A stretch of 61,781 nucleotides of DNA, filler included, from Candidatus Tectimicrobiota bacterium (GCA_016193065.1; 8 parts of 8 records of this genome joined end to end with filler, not necessarily neighbours in it), one strand, 5' to 3'. Shown: positions 49,874 to 59,209, counted from the whole stretch's first letter. The notes: generated by a model from the sequence alone, not told the origin. Program-made: numbers and translations.

Positions 49874-51020
49874 ATGCGCGAGGGATGCACGCCCTGGCCC
49901 GAGGACCTGGCCGGAGAATACCGGGAGAAGGGCTACTGGGCTCCTTTGACGCTGGGGGACATGATCGAGGATGCCGCCCGCCGCTTTGGGCCCCGGGTGG
50001 CGATTATCAGCGACGAAGGAGACCGGATCACCTACGCTGAGATGGTCCGGAAGATCAACCGGCTGGCCCTCCACCTGCTGGATCTGGGCCTGCGGCCCGG
50101 CGAAGTTCTGGTCCTTCAGGTCCCCAACATTCCTGAATTCATCTACCTTTACTTTGCCATGCAGAAGATCGGAGCGGTCCCCCTGTGCTGCCTGCCGGCC
50201 CACCGGTTCACGGAAATCAGCCAACTGGCCGAGCTTACCGACGCCGTGGGGTACGCTGTGCCGGGCGAAGAGAGCCCGTTTAACTTCCTGGAGCTGGCCA
50301 ATCAGGTACGGGATCGGGTGTCCAAGATCCGCTACCTGTTCAACTCGGGCAGAGAAACGGTTAAAGGGTTCATCAACCTTTTGCGCTTACTGGAAGACCC
50401 TATTGAAGAACGAGTCTCCCGAAAAGAATTGGATCGCCTGCGCCCCGATCCGGAAGAAGTGGCTGTCTTTCTCCTCTCCGGGGGGACGACCGGGCTCCCC
50501 AAGGTAATCCCCCGCACCCACACCGACTACATCTATAACTCCCGGCAGAGCAGCCGCATGGCCCGCCTGGACGAAAACACGGTGTTCCTTGTGGCCCTCC
50601 CCATCGCCCACAATTTCCCCCTGGCCTGCCCGGGAATCCAGGGCTGCTTCCTGAACGGCGCCCGGGTGGTTTTGTGCCGGTCCCCACAGACAACACACGT
50701 GTTCGAGCTGGTGGACCGGGAGAAAGTAAATCACCTCTCTCTGGTGCCGGCCCTTATCAATCGCTGTCTCGACGCCCCGGAGCGCAAGGATTATTCATTG
50801 AAATCCCTGAAAACCATCACCTCCGGAGGCCAGAAAGTCCAGCCGGAGCTTAAGGTCCGTGCGGAACGGACGTTGGGCTGCATGGTTCAAGAGGTCTTTG
50901 GAATGGCCGAGGGCCTGCTGTGCTATGTCCGGCAGGATGATCCTGTCGAAGTCCGTCACCAGACCGCGGGCCGCCCCATCTGTCCCGACGACGAGATCCG
51001 CCTCGTGGACGAAGAGGGCC
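49874..51020 (+). CDS. aryl-acid adenylating enzyme, DhbE/EntE-like (3'-truncated)
   Basis: WPEDLAGEYREKGYW, LSGGTTGLPKVIPRTH, HNFPLACPG, VFGMAEGL. Confidence 0.85.
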
Positions 51021-51120
51021 NNNNNNNNNNNNNNNNNNNNNNNNNNNNNNNNNNNNNNNNNNNNTTAATTAATTAANNNNNNNNNNNNNNNNNNNNNNNN
51101 NNNNNNNNNNNNNNNNNNNN

Positions 51121-51176
51121 ATCAACCACACGGGGAAGCGGCCGTGCTCCTGCTCTTCCGTCTTACCGGTGCTCAT
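51121..51176 (-). CDS. 5' fragment of the next cco-operon gene (CcoP-N-like, uncertain)
   Basis: GGAG RBS, MSTGKTEEQEHGRFPVWL, overlaps the ccoS end, cut by the linker. Confidence 0.35.
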
Positions 51177-51426
51177 CGATCTTCACTCCTCCCTTCTCTT
51201 CGAGTTCGAGCATGCGCCGGGCCGGACCCTCGACGTTGCGGAATTGCCCCCGCGCCAGGGACCAGATCAGCAGGACAAGAAAACCCACCAGCAGGAGCCC
51301 CAGGGGAACCCATAGGACCAACTCCGTAGAGCCCCCGCCTTGGGTGGCCATTTCGTGGGAGCCGGCCGACATGCCGGCACCCTGGGCCATCGGAACGAAA
51401 GCACGGGCAGAAAACAGATTCAGCAT
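51163..51426 (-). CDS. ccoS: cbb3 oxidase maturation protein CcoS/FixS
   Basis: TM helix then LIWSLARGQFRNVEGPARRML; N-terminal extension, start uncertain. Confidence 0.75.
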   Translation of the reverse strand: MLNLFSARAFVPMAQGAGMSAGSHEMATQGGGSTELVLWVPLGLLLVGFLVLLIWSLARGQFRNVEGPARRMLELEEKGGVKIDEHR

Positions 51427-51477
51427 GGTGCTCCTTGGAAGATTCCTCTCTTCACCCCCACCCTTCCCCTCCCCCAG

Positions 51478-51609
51478 AAGACTGTGTCATAAGTCCGTTC
51501 ATGGTTCGACAGGCTCACCACGAACGGACAAGGAGACCCTGAAATTCAATCACTTAGCCGTTCGTCCTGAGCTTGTCGAAGGGCGAACGGCTGATTGCGG
51601 CACAGTCTC
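51478..51609. mobile_element. MITE-like element with palindromic core
   Basis: Ends AGACTGTGTCATAA / TTGCGGCACAGTCT (11/14 inverted); flanking CAG duplication; core TGGTTCGACAGGCTCACCACGAACGG...CCGTTCGTCCTGAGCTTGTCGAAGG. Confidence 0.72.
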
Positions 51610-51707
51610 CAGGGGAGGGATTCTGAATGTCTTCCCCTCCCCGCACGCCCCGGGTACCCTCTGGGTGCCACCCGGGGTACCCGGGGAAGGGGTAATTCTC
51701 TTACCTC

Positions 51708-52850
51708 CTACCTTCCAGTATAGAGCGAGCTCACGTAGTGGGCCAGGGCCCAGCGATCCTGCTCGGAAACTCCCGCAAACGCGACCATGGCGCTGCCCGG
51801 AATCCCTTCCACCATGACCTCATAAGCGTACGCCGTGTTCGGGGAGTACACGGTGAAGTCCGGAACCGACGGCTTCAGCGCGGCGGCAGCCGGACCGTCC
51901 CCTCGCCCCTCATTCCCGTGGCAGGCGGCACACTGGATCTGGAAGAGGGTGCGGCCGCGGGCGAGCAGGGCCTCGCTTCTTTGGGGAGCACCCGCCGGCA
52001 AGGGTTCCTCCCGATGGAGTCTCACCACGTGGAAGGCCAGAGCCCAGCGGTCTTCGTCTCCGTACTCCCGCCAGTGGGGCATGGAGGAGCCCGGCGCGCC
52101 GAGCGAGATATTCCGAAAGGCTTCGGCCGCGGTCATCTTCACCCGCGACAGACGCTCGGGAGGCGGGCCCAGGAAAGGTCTTGCGCTCCCGTTTCCGTCC
52201 CCGTTGGGCCCGTGACAGCCGGCACACTCTCGGCGGAAGAGAGCCGCCCCCCGGCCCTTCAGCGCCTCGGTCTCCAGCGGTGGAGGGCCCCCCCGGAAGG
52301 AGGCGGCCCAGGATGCGTCGGCCTTGGCCATCTCCTCTTTCACGGCCCGCCCCTGGGACTGCAGGAAGGCCACCAGGGCCTTGCCGTCCTCGGTGGGAAC
52401 GATCTTGTTCCCCTCCTTCTTGAACAGCCAGGGAAAGGGCGGCATCACGGACCATGGGGTCGTGTTGCGAGGGTTCGCCAGGTGAGCGAGCTGCCAATCG
52501 TCGGAGCGGCGGCCGGCCTCGCGGGCCAGATCAGGCCCCACGCGGCGCGTCCCGTAAAGCTGCGGGATGTCATAGAGGGACTCTTCGGGTCGCGACGGCG
52601 GGCCGTAGCGCTCGGGCTCACGGGCCACCGGGCGCACGAACAGCGTATGGCAGTGCCAGCAAGCCTCCGCGATGTAAACCTGGCGGCCCCGAAGCTCCTC
52701 GGACGTGTATGCGGGTAAGGTCTCGGGAGGCTTCAAGCCGCGCATCGTGATCCAGGGAAGAAACCCCATGGCGCCCAGCGACAGGACAAAGAAACCCACG
52801 CCGGCCACGAGGAGAACCGGGGTGAAGCGCTCGAACTTGTTCATTTTCAC
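51708..52850 (-). CDS. ccoO: cbb3-type oxidase subunit II (CcoO) fused to two extra cytochrome c domains
   Basis: GRQVYIAEACWHCH, GTRRVGPDL, SVMP; further CAGCH and CAACH motifs. Confidence 0.85.
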   Translation of the reverse strand: MKMNKFERFTPVLLVAGVGFFVLSLGAMGFLPWITMRGLKPPETLPAYTSEELRGRQVYIAEACWHCHTLFVRPVAREPERYGPPSRPEESLYDIPQLYGTRRVGPDLAREAGRRSDDWQLAHLANPRNTTPWSVMPPFPWLFKKEGNKIVPTEDGKALVAFLQSQGRAVKEEMAKADASWAASFRGGPPPLETEALKGRGAALFRRECAGCHGPNGDGNGSARPFLGPPPERLSRVKMTAAEAFRNISLGAPGSSMPHWREYGDEDRWALAFHVVRLHREEPLPAGAPQRSEALLARGRTLFQIQCAACHGNEGRGDGPAAAALKPSVPDFTVYSPNTAYAYEVMVEGIPGSAMVAFAGVSEQDRWALAHYVSSLYTGR

Positions 52851-52853
52851 CCC

Positions 52854-54263
52854 CTAGATCGCCACACCCGCCGCCTCGGCCTCTTCGAGGACCGCAGCGG
52901 GAGCCCGGGCTCCCGCCCGGTGGGTCATCCAGCAGTTATAGGCAAAGGCGCACAGCCCGCCGTAAATCAGCACTCCCCCGATGAGCCGGCTGAACCAGAA
53001 GGGGATGGCCTGGATCACGGATTCGGCAAAGGGGGCCGGCGACATCCACAGGTAGCCTTCCACGAGCCCCAGAGCCGTGAGCGGCAGGAAATAGAAAACG
53101 TAGAACCCGATGGTCACCATCCAGTAGGCCGACTCGGCAAGCTTCTTCGAGTAAAACTCTTTCCCGGTCACCCGCGGCCAGATGTAGGTAAAGGCCGCCA
53201 GGTTGAAATAGGTGAAGGCTCCGAGCAGTGCCAGGTGGGCATGAGCGACCACCCAGTCCGTGAAATGGATGACCTTCTGCACCGAGAAGAACGTGTGGAA
53301 GGGTCCCTGCGTGCAGGTGGCGAAGTACGCGATGATCCCCGTCGCCAGGTAGCGCAGGGCCATGTTCCCCGGCACCTGTTTCCATTCCCCCTTGAGGGTA
53401 GCAAGCCAGTTGTAGATCACCGTGGCCACCACCGCGAACAGCACGACGGTCAAAGGAACCGCCAGAACCTGAAGCCACCAGGGGATCGGGCTGAAGAAGA
53501 AGTGATGGGCGCCCCCCAGGGGATAGAAAAAGGAGAGGGTCCAGAACCCCACCAGGGACAGGGCGTGGCTGTAAATCGGGCGTTTGAGAAGCACCGGCAG
53601 GAAGAAGTAGACCAGCCCCACCCCGATCGGGGTGATCCAGAGCCCCACGGCATTGTGGATCCACAGTCCCGTGATGGCCGCCCCCGCGGCGCCCGGAGCC
53701 AGGAACGTGGGCACGATGTTCGCCATCACGTAGTTGAGAGCCGTGAAGGCGAACCCCAGGATGAAATACCACGAGCTCACGTAAAGCTGTTTTTCCGGGG
53801 AAGCAAAAATCGTCCCCAGCAGATTGACCAACGCCATGACGAATCCCGCCGCGAAGACCACGTCGGCCAGCGGGGGAAACTCCGCGTACTCGATCCCTTG
53901 CATTTGCCCCGCCAGGATCGCGCCCAGACCGAGGACGAGCCCCAGGTTCCAGACCCAGAACGTCCACCAGGCCAGCCGCTCCGAGAGCAGGGGCCGCCCG
54001 GCCAGCTTGGGTATTACGTAGTACAGAATGGAGAGAAAAGCGGTGGACAGCCAGCCGTAAATGACCCCGTTGGTGTGAAAGACCCGGATCCGCCCGAACT
54101 GCAGCCAGGGAACGGATCCCAGGAAGTCGGGCCAGACGAACTTGGCAGCTAAAATAAGGGCAAAACCCAGCGGGATGACGAAGCCGAGAAACGCCACGTA
54201 GGCGTGGGCACGAACCAGGGCGCCGGAAACCACTGGCCGCGGCTCACCGGCAGGAGGATTCAT
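52854..54263 (-). CDS. ccoN: cbb3-type (C-family) heme-copper oxidase subunit I
   Basis: FGRIRVFHTN, EYAE, WIHNAVG, FYPLGGAHH, DWVVAHAH. Confidence 0.88.
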   Translation of the reverse strand: MNPPAGEPRPVVSGALVRAHAYVAFLGFVIPLGFALILAAKFVWPDFLGSVPWLQFGRIRVFHTNGVIYGWLSTAFLSILYYVIPKLAGRPLLSERLAWWTFWVWNLGLVLGLGAILAGQMQGIEYAEFPPLADVVFAAGFVMALVNLLGTIFASPEKQLYVSSWYFILGFAFTALNYVMANIVPTFLAPGAAGAAITGLWIHNAVGLWITPIGVGLVYFFLPVLLKRPIYSHALSLVGFWTLSFFYPLGGAHHFFFSPIPWWLQVLAVPLTVVLFAVVATVIYNWLATLKGEWKQVPGNMALRYLATGIIAYFATCTQGPFHTFFSVQKVIHFTDWVVAHAHLALLGAFTYFNLAAFTYIWPRVTGKEFYSKKLAESAYWMVTIGFYVFYFLPLTALGLVEGYLWMSPAPFAESVIQAIPFWFSRLIGGVLIYGGLCAFAYNCWMTHRAGARAPAAVLEEAEAAGVAI

Positions 54264-54292
54264 GGCCGCTCCTTTCTCGCCAGAGGAATGTT

Positions 54293-54568
54293 CTACAGCC
54301 CCATTTTCTTGAGGGCGTCATCTCCACTGGAGCGCTGGGGAGCCTCTTCGGGCAGGTAGATCATCACCCCACCGCGGACCGGCCTCAGGACAATTTTCCC
54401 CTCATCTGCCAGGCGTTTAGTGACCTCGACGGGATTCTCTCCTGCAAAGTAGCGCTTGAAGGCATCGTTGAAACCCGAAAAGACCGTGTGGATCCCTTTG
54501 TAGCCCTCTTTGCGGAGAGACACGATGGCCCGTCTGACAAATTCTTCGTGGCTTACCTTGTCAGTCAT
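54293..54568 (-). CDS. hypothetical protein (91 aa)
   Basis: GGAG RBS; protein-like sequence YKGIHTVFSGFNDAFKRYF; co-oriented with ccoN. Confidence 0.75.
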   Translation of the reverse strand: MTDKVSHEEFVRRAIVSLRKEGYKGIHTVFSGFNDAFKRYFAGENPVEVTKRLADEGKIVLRPVRGGVMIYLPEEAPQRSSGDDALKKMGL

Positions 54569-54606
54569 GATAGCTTCTCCCCTGGAGTTTCCCCGTTATC
54601 TTGATC

Positions 54607-54662
54607 CCTGCCTGCCTGTGCGCCTGCCCGCGGGGACACGCAGGCGGGGACACGCAGACAGG
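54607..54662. repeat. CCTGCCTG..CAGACAGG palindromic repeat
   Basis: Same family as 23248-23304 and 39738-39795. Confidence 0.6.
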
Positions 54663-54808
54663 TCCGTGCCGCCCCCTGAGGAGGAGTTTACGCTGGAATG
54701 GATTTTCGCGCTAGTGTCCTGAGAAAGAAATCCGTGCAATAGGACCCTCTCTCCCCCCACCCCTCCTCTCCTCCCCCTACCTTGGCCTGGCCCTCGAAAA
54801 TTTCCCGA

Positions 54809-54837
54809 TTGACTTTTTCCGTCTGCCCCTCTATGCT
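54809..54837 (+). promoter_or_regulatory. promoter upstream of cas6
   Basis: TTGACT-17 bp-TATGCT. Confidence 0.6.
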
Positions 54838-54949
54838 AAGTACGCTTCACAAACCACACTGCGAACGAAACGTTCTAGCCCAGGCCTTCAGGTCTGCATT
54901 TTCCCTTGAATTTTTCTCAGGGACCTTCCAGACCGAAGGAGTCCGGCAG

Positions 54950-55576
54950 ATGGTGTCCCACTTGAATGGGTTTCGCCTCGCCAGGTTCCGTCTGACTACC
55001 CTCGCCAGAGAGCGCCTCGCCCTCCCCGACTACAAACGCTCCGCCCTGAGAGGCGGCTTTGGCCATGTCTTCCGCAAGATCGGCTGCATGGCCTCCTCCC
55101 TCGGTGCCGGCCAATGCACCCTCAGGGAGCGGTGTCCCTACCACTACATCTTTGAGACCCCTCCTCCCGCCGGAAGCCAGATTCTGGACAAAGTCCCCAC
55201 GGCCCCCCAGCCCTTCATCTTGGAGCCCCCGCTGGACACGAAACGCTTCTATGAACCCGGGGAGGAACTGTCCTTCGGCCTCATCCTCATCGGCCGGGCC
55301 ATTGACTATCTCCCCTACTTCATCTACGCCTTTGACGAGCTGGGACGTAACGGAATCGGCAAGGGGAAAGGGAAATACCAGCTCCACTCGGTAACTTCCG
55401 AAGACCAAGCCGGCCACAACACCCAGATCTACTGGCCCGAGAAGCACCTCCTCAAAGACGGCTTCTCGATCCTCCGAGCCGATGACCTATTCTCTCCTCT
55501 CCCCCTCGAGAGACTGTGTCATAAGTCCGTTTATGGTTCGACAGGCTCACCACGAACGGACGTCGACACACGGAAA
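54950..55576 (+). CDS. cas6: CRISPR-associated endoribonuclease Cas6, N-terminal part (runs into a MITE, then the contig ends)
   Basis: LPDYKRSALRGGFG, C..C....CPY.YIFE, PQPFILEPP, LILIGRA, GIGKGKG. Confidence 0.8.
55510..55576. mobile_element. second copy of the AGACTGTGTCATAA MITE (partial)
   Basis: 55511-55561 matches 51479-51529 at 50/51 nt. Confidence 0.8.
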
Positions 55577-55710
55577 NNNNNNNNNNNNNNNNNNNNNNNN
55601 NNNNNNNNNNNNNNNNNNNNTTAATTAATTAANNNNNNNNNNNNNNNNNNNNNNNNNNNNNNNNNNNNNNNNNNNNAGCCCGACAACGAGAGAATCTGGT
55701 GGGGCGTCTA

Positions 55711-57909
55711 ATGCCGACGGCACACCTTCTCTTGGCGATTCACTGTCACCAACCCGTCGGCAACTTCCCCGAAGTGTTCGAGAGAGCCTACCGGGAATGC
55801 TACGAGCCGTTCCTCAAGACCGTCATCGACCACCCCGGCGTGCTCATGACCCTGCACTACAGCGGACCCTTGCTGGAGTGGCTGGAAGAGCATCAGCCCG
55901 AATATCTGGACAACTTAAAGGCCCTCGTCGAGCGCGGCCAGGTGGAAATGATGGGAGGGGGCTTTTACGAGCCCCTGCTGCCCACGATCCCCGAGGAAGA
56001 CGCCCTGGGCCAAATTGAGATGATGAGGAATTACGTCCAGCACCACTTTAACTGCACTCCCAAGGGGATCTGGCTGGCGGAACGAGTTTGGGACCCGGAT
56101 CTTCCCCGCCTCCTGCAGCGGGCGGGAGCGCACTACACTGTGTTAGACGAGACCCACTTTCTGTACGGCGGGCTCAAGCCGTCGCAGATCATGGGTTCCT
56201 ACATCACCGAACGACTCGGAAGCACGGTGTCTGTATTTCCCATCTTGAAGAAGCTGCGCTACATGATCCCCTTCAAGCCGGTCGAGGAGGTTATTGCGAC
56301 CCTGCGCCAGTTCGCCGAGGCGAATCCGGGAGAGGGGTTCACCTACGGAGACGACGGGGAGAAGTTCGGCCTGTGGCCGGGCACTCACAACTGGGTCCAC
56401 AAGCAGGGGTGGCTGCAGAGTTTCTTCAGCGCCCTGGAGAAAAACGCGGACTGGCTCAAGCTCGACCACTTCTCCACGTTCCTGGAAAAGCACAAGGCGC
56501 GAGGGCGCATCTACCTGCCGCCTGCCTCTTATGAGGAGATGATGGAATGGGCCCTGCCCGTGGAAAGTTCCCGAAGGTTTAAGGAAATCCAGGAGACTGT
56601 AAGACGCTGGGACAAAAGCGAGCTTTATCTCCCCTTCCTGCGGGGCGGGCAGTGGGAAAACTTTCTGGTCAAATATCCCGAGAGCAACCAGATCCACAAG
56701 AAGATGCTCCACGTGAGCCAAAAGATCTCCCAGGCGGCAGCCACCCACGGTGCGAGCCCGGACCTGCAGGCCGCCCGCCGCCACCTGTGGAAAGGCCAGT
56801 GCAATTGCGCCTACTGGCACGGCCTGTTTGGAGGCCTCTACTTGAACTACCTGCGCCACGCTCTCTACGAAAACCTGCTGGCCGCCGAGCAAATTCTTGA
56901 TCGTCTGGAGCGAGGAGACGGCCCCTGGGTGGACAGCGAACGGATCGACTTCAACCGGGACGGGCAGGAGGAGGTCCTGTTGCGCAATCCCACCTTGAAC
57001 CTCTACCTGGATCCGGCCAGGGGAGGCTCCGTGTGGGAGCTGGACTACAAGCCGGCACGATTCAACCTCTCCAACGTCCTGGACCGCCGTGAAGAGGCCT
57101 ACCATGCGGAGGTCAAAAATTCGGCCCGAGGACAGCAGCAGGATTTGTGGCAGCGACCGACCACGATTCACGAGCGGGCGCACGCAAAAGAAGACGGCAT
57201 CGAGAGCCTGCTTGTTTACGACTGGTACCCCCGCCGCTCTTTTCTCGACCACATCTTCCCCGTGGAAACCTCTCTGCAGGACTTCAGCCGAAGCGCTTAC
57301 CGGGAGTGGGGAGATTTCGTGAACCAGCCTTATGATGTAACGGGGCTCACAAGATCCCCTGCAGGGGAAACCCTCCGGCTGGAGCTCCGGCGGCAGGGAA
57401 CTCTCTGCACCCCGGAGCAGGCAGTCCCCCTGGAGATCTCAAAGTCTCTGGAGATGAGCGGCAGCGAGACCAGGGTCCGGGCCCTCTACCGGCTTGCCAG
57501 CAGCCGGCCTCGTCCGCCCCGGATCCGTTTCGGCTGCGAGTTTAATTTCACCCTCCTGGCCGGAAACGATCCCCAGCGCTATTTCCGTATTCCCGGGGTC
57601 CCGCCGGAAGAGAGCCAGATGGAGAGTTTCGGAGAAGTTTGCAATGTGAGAGAACTGTTCCTCGTGGACGAATGGGGCAAGTTTGCCCTTGGTCTTTTTT
57701 TCAGCCAGCCCTGTACCCTATGGCGGTTTCCTCTGGAGACAGTCTCCCAGGCCGAGTACGGTTTCCAGAGAACGTATCAGGGTTCCGTCCTGCTCCCCTG
57801 GTGGCTCTTGAATTTGGACGAGGAGAACCACTGGAACCTGGAAATCCGCATCGAGGTCAAGAATATTGAGGAATGGCGACATGACCGGCGTTTTTCCCGC
57901 CCGTTTTAA
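55711..57909 (+). CDS. GH57 alpha-amylase/4-alpha-glucanotransferase (DUF1925/1926 type)
   Basis: HCHQPVGNF, LHYSGPL, WLAERVW, GDDGEKFG, QCNCAYWHG. Confidence 0.92.
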   Translation: MPTAHLLLAIHCHQPVGNFPEVFERAYRECYEPFLKTVIDHPGVLMTLHYSGPLLEWLEEHQPEYLDNLKALVERGQVEMMGGGFYEPLLPTIPEEDALGQIEMMRNYVQHHFNCTPKGIWLAERVWDPDLPRLLQRAGAHYTVLDETHFLYGGLKPSQIMGSYITERLGSTVSVFPILKKLRYMIPFKPVEEVIATLRQFAEANPGEGFTYGDDGEKFGLWPGTHNWVHKQGWLQSFFSALEKNADWLKLDHFSTFLEKHKARGRIYLPPASYEEMMEWALPVESSRRFKEIQETVRRWDKSELYLPFLRGGQWENFLVKYPESNQIHKKMLHVSQKISQAAATHGASPDLQAARRHLWKGQCNCAYWHGLFGGLYLNYLRHALYENLLAAEQILDRLERGDGPWVDSERIDFNRDGQEEVLLRNPTLNLYLDPARGGSVWELDYKPARFNLSNVLDRREEAYHAEVKNSARGQQQDLWQRPTTIHERAHAKEDGIESLLVYDWYPRRSFLDHIFPVETSLQDFSRSAYREWGDFVNQPYDVTGLTRSPAGETLRLELRRQGTLCTPEQAVPLEISKSLEMSGSETRVRALYRLASSRPRPPRIRFGCEFNFTLLAGNDPQRYFRIPGVPPEESQMESFGEVCNVRELFLVDEWGKFALGLFFSQPCTLWRFPLETVSQAEYGFQRTYQGSVLLPWWLLNLDEENHWNLEIRIEVKNIEEWRHDRRFSRPF

Positions 57910-58951
57910 CAGGCTGCTGAAAAAGTCTGTTTCGTGGTTCGACAGGCTCACCACGAACGATCCGGTACCCTTGTTTTCAATACCAGCCCCGTTCGGCCTC
58001 ACCCGGAAACTGGGTACCCGGTCGAAGGCTGAACGGAGGGTTTTTCAGCACCCAGTTAGGGCAGCAGCTTTCGGAGCCACCCTGATTCCGGCCGTCTTGT
58101 GGATGCTGACTGCAACGGCGGGCGTTCATGCTCAGGACAGACCCTCCGACTCCGCTCAGGGCAGGCCTCCCGACTCCGTTCGTCCTCACCCGGAAGCCGG
58201 GTACCTGGTCGAAGGACGAACGGTTGTCCAGGACCACTCCGGTCCTGGAGCAACCGCCCTCCCCTTTCACGTCGGTGAAGAGCTGACCTTTGACTTGACC
58301 TGGATGGGAATCAAAGGGGGAACGGCCACAATGGCGGTCCCCGAAAAGACCACGTGGGCGGGTGTCCCGGTTTATCACCTGGTCACAACGGCCGAGTCGG
58401 CTCCTGCGGTCTCGGCCTTCTACCGGGTCGAGGACAAGGTCGAAAGCTTCGTAGAGGTGCGGGGCCTCTTCCCGCTTTACTTCAAGTCCCGGCAACAGGA
58501 GGGAAAATACCGGGGTGCCAAAGACATCTTCTTCGATCCACAGACGGGTAAGGCCACTTACCGCAAGAACCAGGAGCCGACGGAAGTCTTTCCCGTCCCT
58601 CCGGGAGTTCAAGATGCCCTTTCGTCCTTCTATTATTTAAGGACGCTTCCTTTAAAATCCGACGCGCCCGTTATGATCACGATGTTTGACAGCAAGAAGA
58701 CGGCGCAGGTCGAGGTCCAGATTCTGGGTAGAGAAAAGGTGAAAACTCTCTGGGGGCCGGTCCAGACTCTCAAGGTGAAGCCTATTCTAAAGACCGAGGG
58801 GATCTTCAGGCGCAAGGGAGATGTCCTGATTTGGCTCACGGAGGATTTCCAGAAGCTCCCCCTGCGGATGGAGAGCAAGATCCCCATCGGCTCCATCGTC
58901 GCCACACTGGTCAACATCCGCGGCGCCAACCCACCGACTCCCTCGCCGTAG
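57881..58951 (+). CDS. DUF3108-domain secreted protein carrying two in-frame repeat insertions
   Basis: GEELTFDLTWMGIKGG, QDALSSFY, IWLTED...PLRM; signal-like AAAFGATLIPAVLWML..VHA. Confidence 0.75.
   Translation: MTGVFPARFNRLLKKSVSWFDRLTTNDPVPLFSIPAPFGLTRKLGTRSKAERRVFQHPVRAAAFGATLIPAVLWMLTATAGVHAQDRPSDSAQGRPPDSVRPHPEAGYLVEGRTVVQDHSGPGATALPFHVGEELTFDLTWMGIKGGTATMAVPEKTTWAGVPVYHLVTTAESAPAVSAFYRVEDKVESFVEVRGLFPLYFKSRQQEGKYRGAKDIFFDPQTGKATYRKNQEPTEVFPVPPGVQDALSSFYYLRTLPLKSDAPVMITMFDSKKTAQVEVQILGREKVKTLWGPVQTLKVKPILKTEGIFRRKGDVLIWLTEDFQKLPLRMESKIPIGSIVATLVNIRGANPPTPSP
57907..58058. mobile_element. MITE with IS5/IS1182-like terminal inverted repeats
   Basis: TAACAGGCTGCTGAAAAA / TTTTTCAGCACCCAGTTA (16/18); core TGGTTCGACAGGCTCACCACGAACG at 57935-57959; the IS family assignment is from recall. 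Confidence 0.75.
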
Positions 58952-58966
58952 CCGGAGCCGTACGCC

Positions 58967-59053
58967 TCAGACAGACAGAAACTTCTGGAGAACCACCGCG
59001 CGCGTCCTGTCGACAGGATTCTCGATCTTACACTTGGCGTAGAAGGTCCCCAT
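58967..59053 (-). pseudogene. truncated clan AA aspartic protease homologue
   Basis: MGTFYAKCKIENPVDRTRAVV aligns with the start of 60260-60628 and stops just before the DTG motif. Confidence 0.6.
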
Positions 59054-59096
59054 CCCTCCGGCTCCCGTTCTCCTTTCGCTCGAACTCACGGCCGAC

Positions 59097-59151
59097 GTCA
59101 AACGCCCGGCCGAGCGGCAGATTCTGACCGCTCCAGCCGCGGGTGCTGGGC
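59097..59151 (-). mobile_element. degenerate attC-like site
   Basis: Minus strand GCCCAGC..GCTGGAGCGG..CCGCTCGGC..GTTTGAC, upstream of the truncated protease. Confidence 0.45.
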
Positions 59152-59209
59152 CGCGCGTTGCCTTGCTCTGGTCGCGGTAGCAAGACGCTGCCCTGCGCAT
59201 GCTGTGCGA

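Noticed and set aside
54570-54950. CRISPR array or leader near cas6
   Set aside because: I found no regularly spaced direct repeats with unique spacers here or elsewhere in the window.
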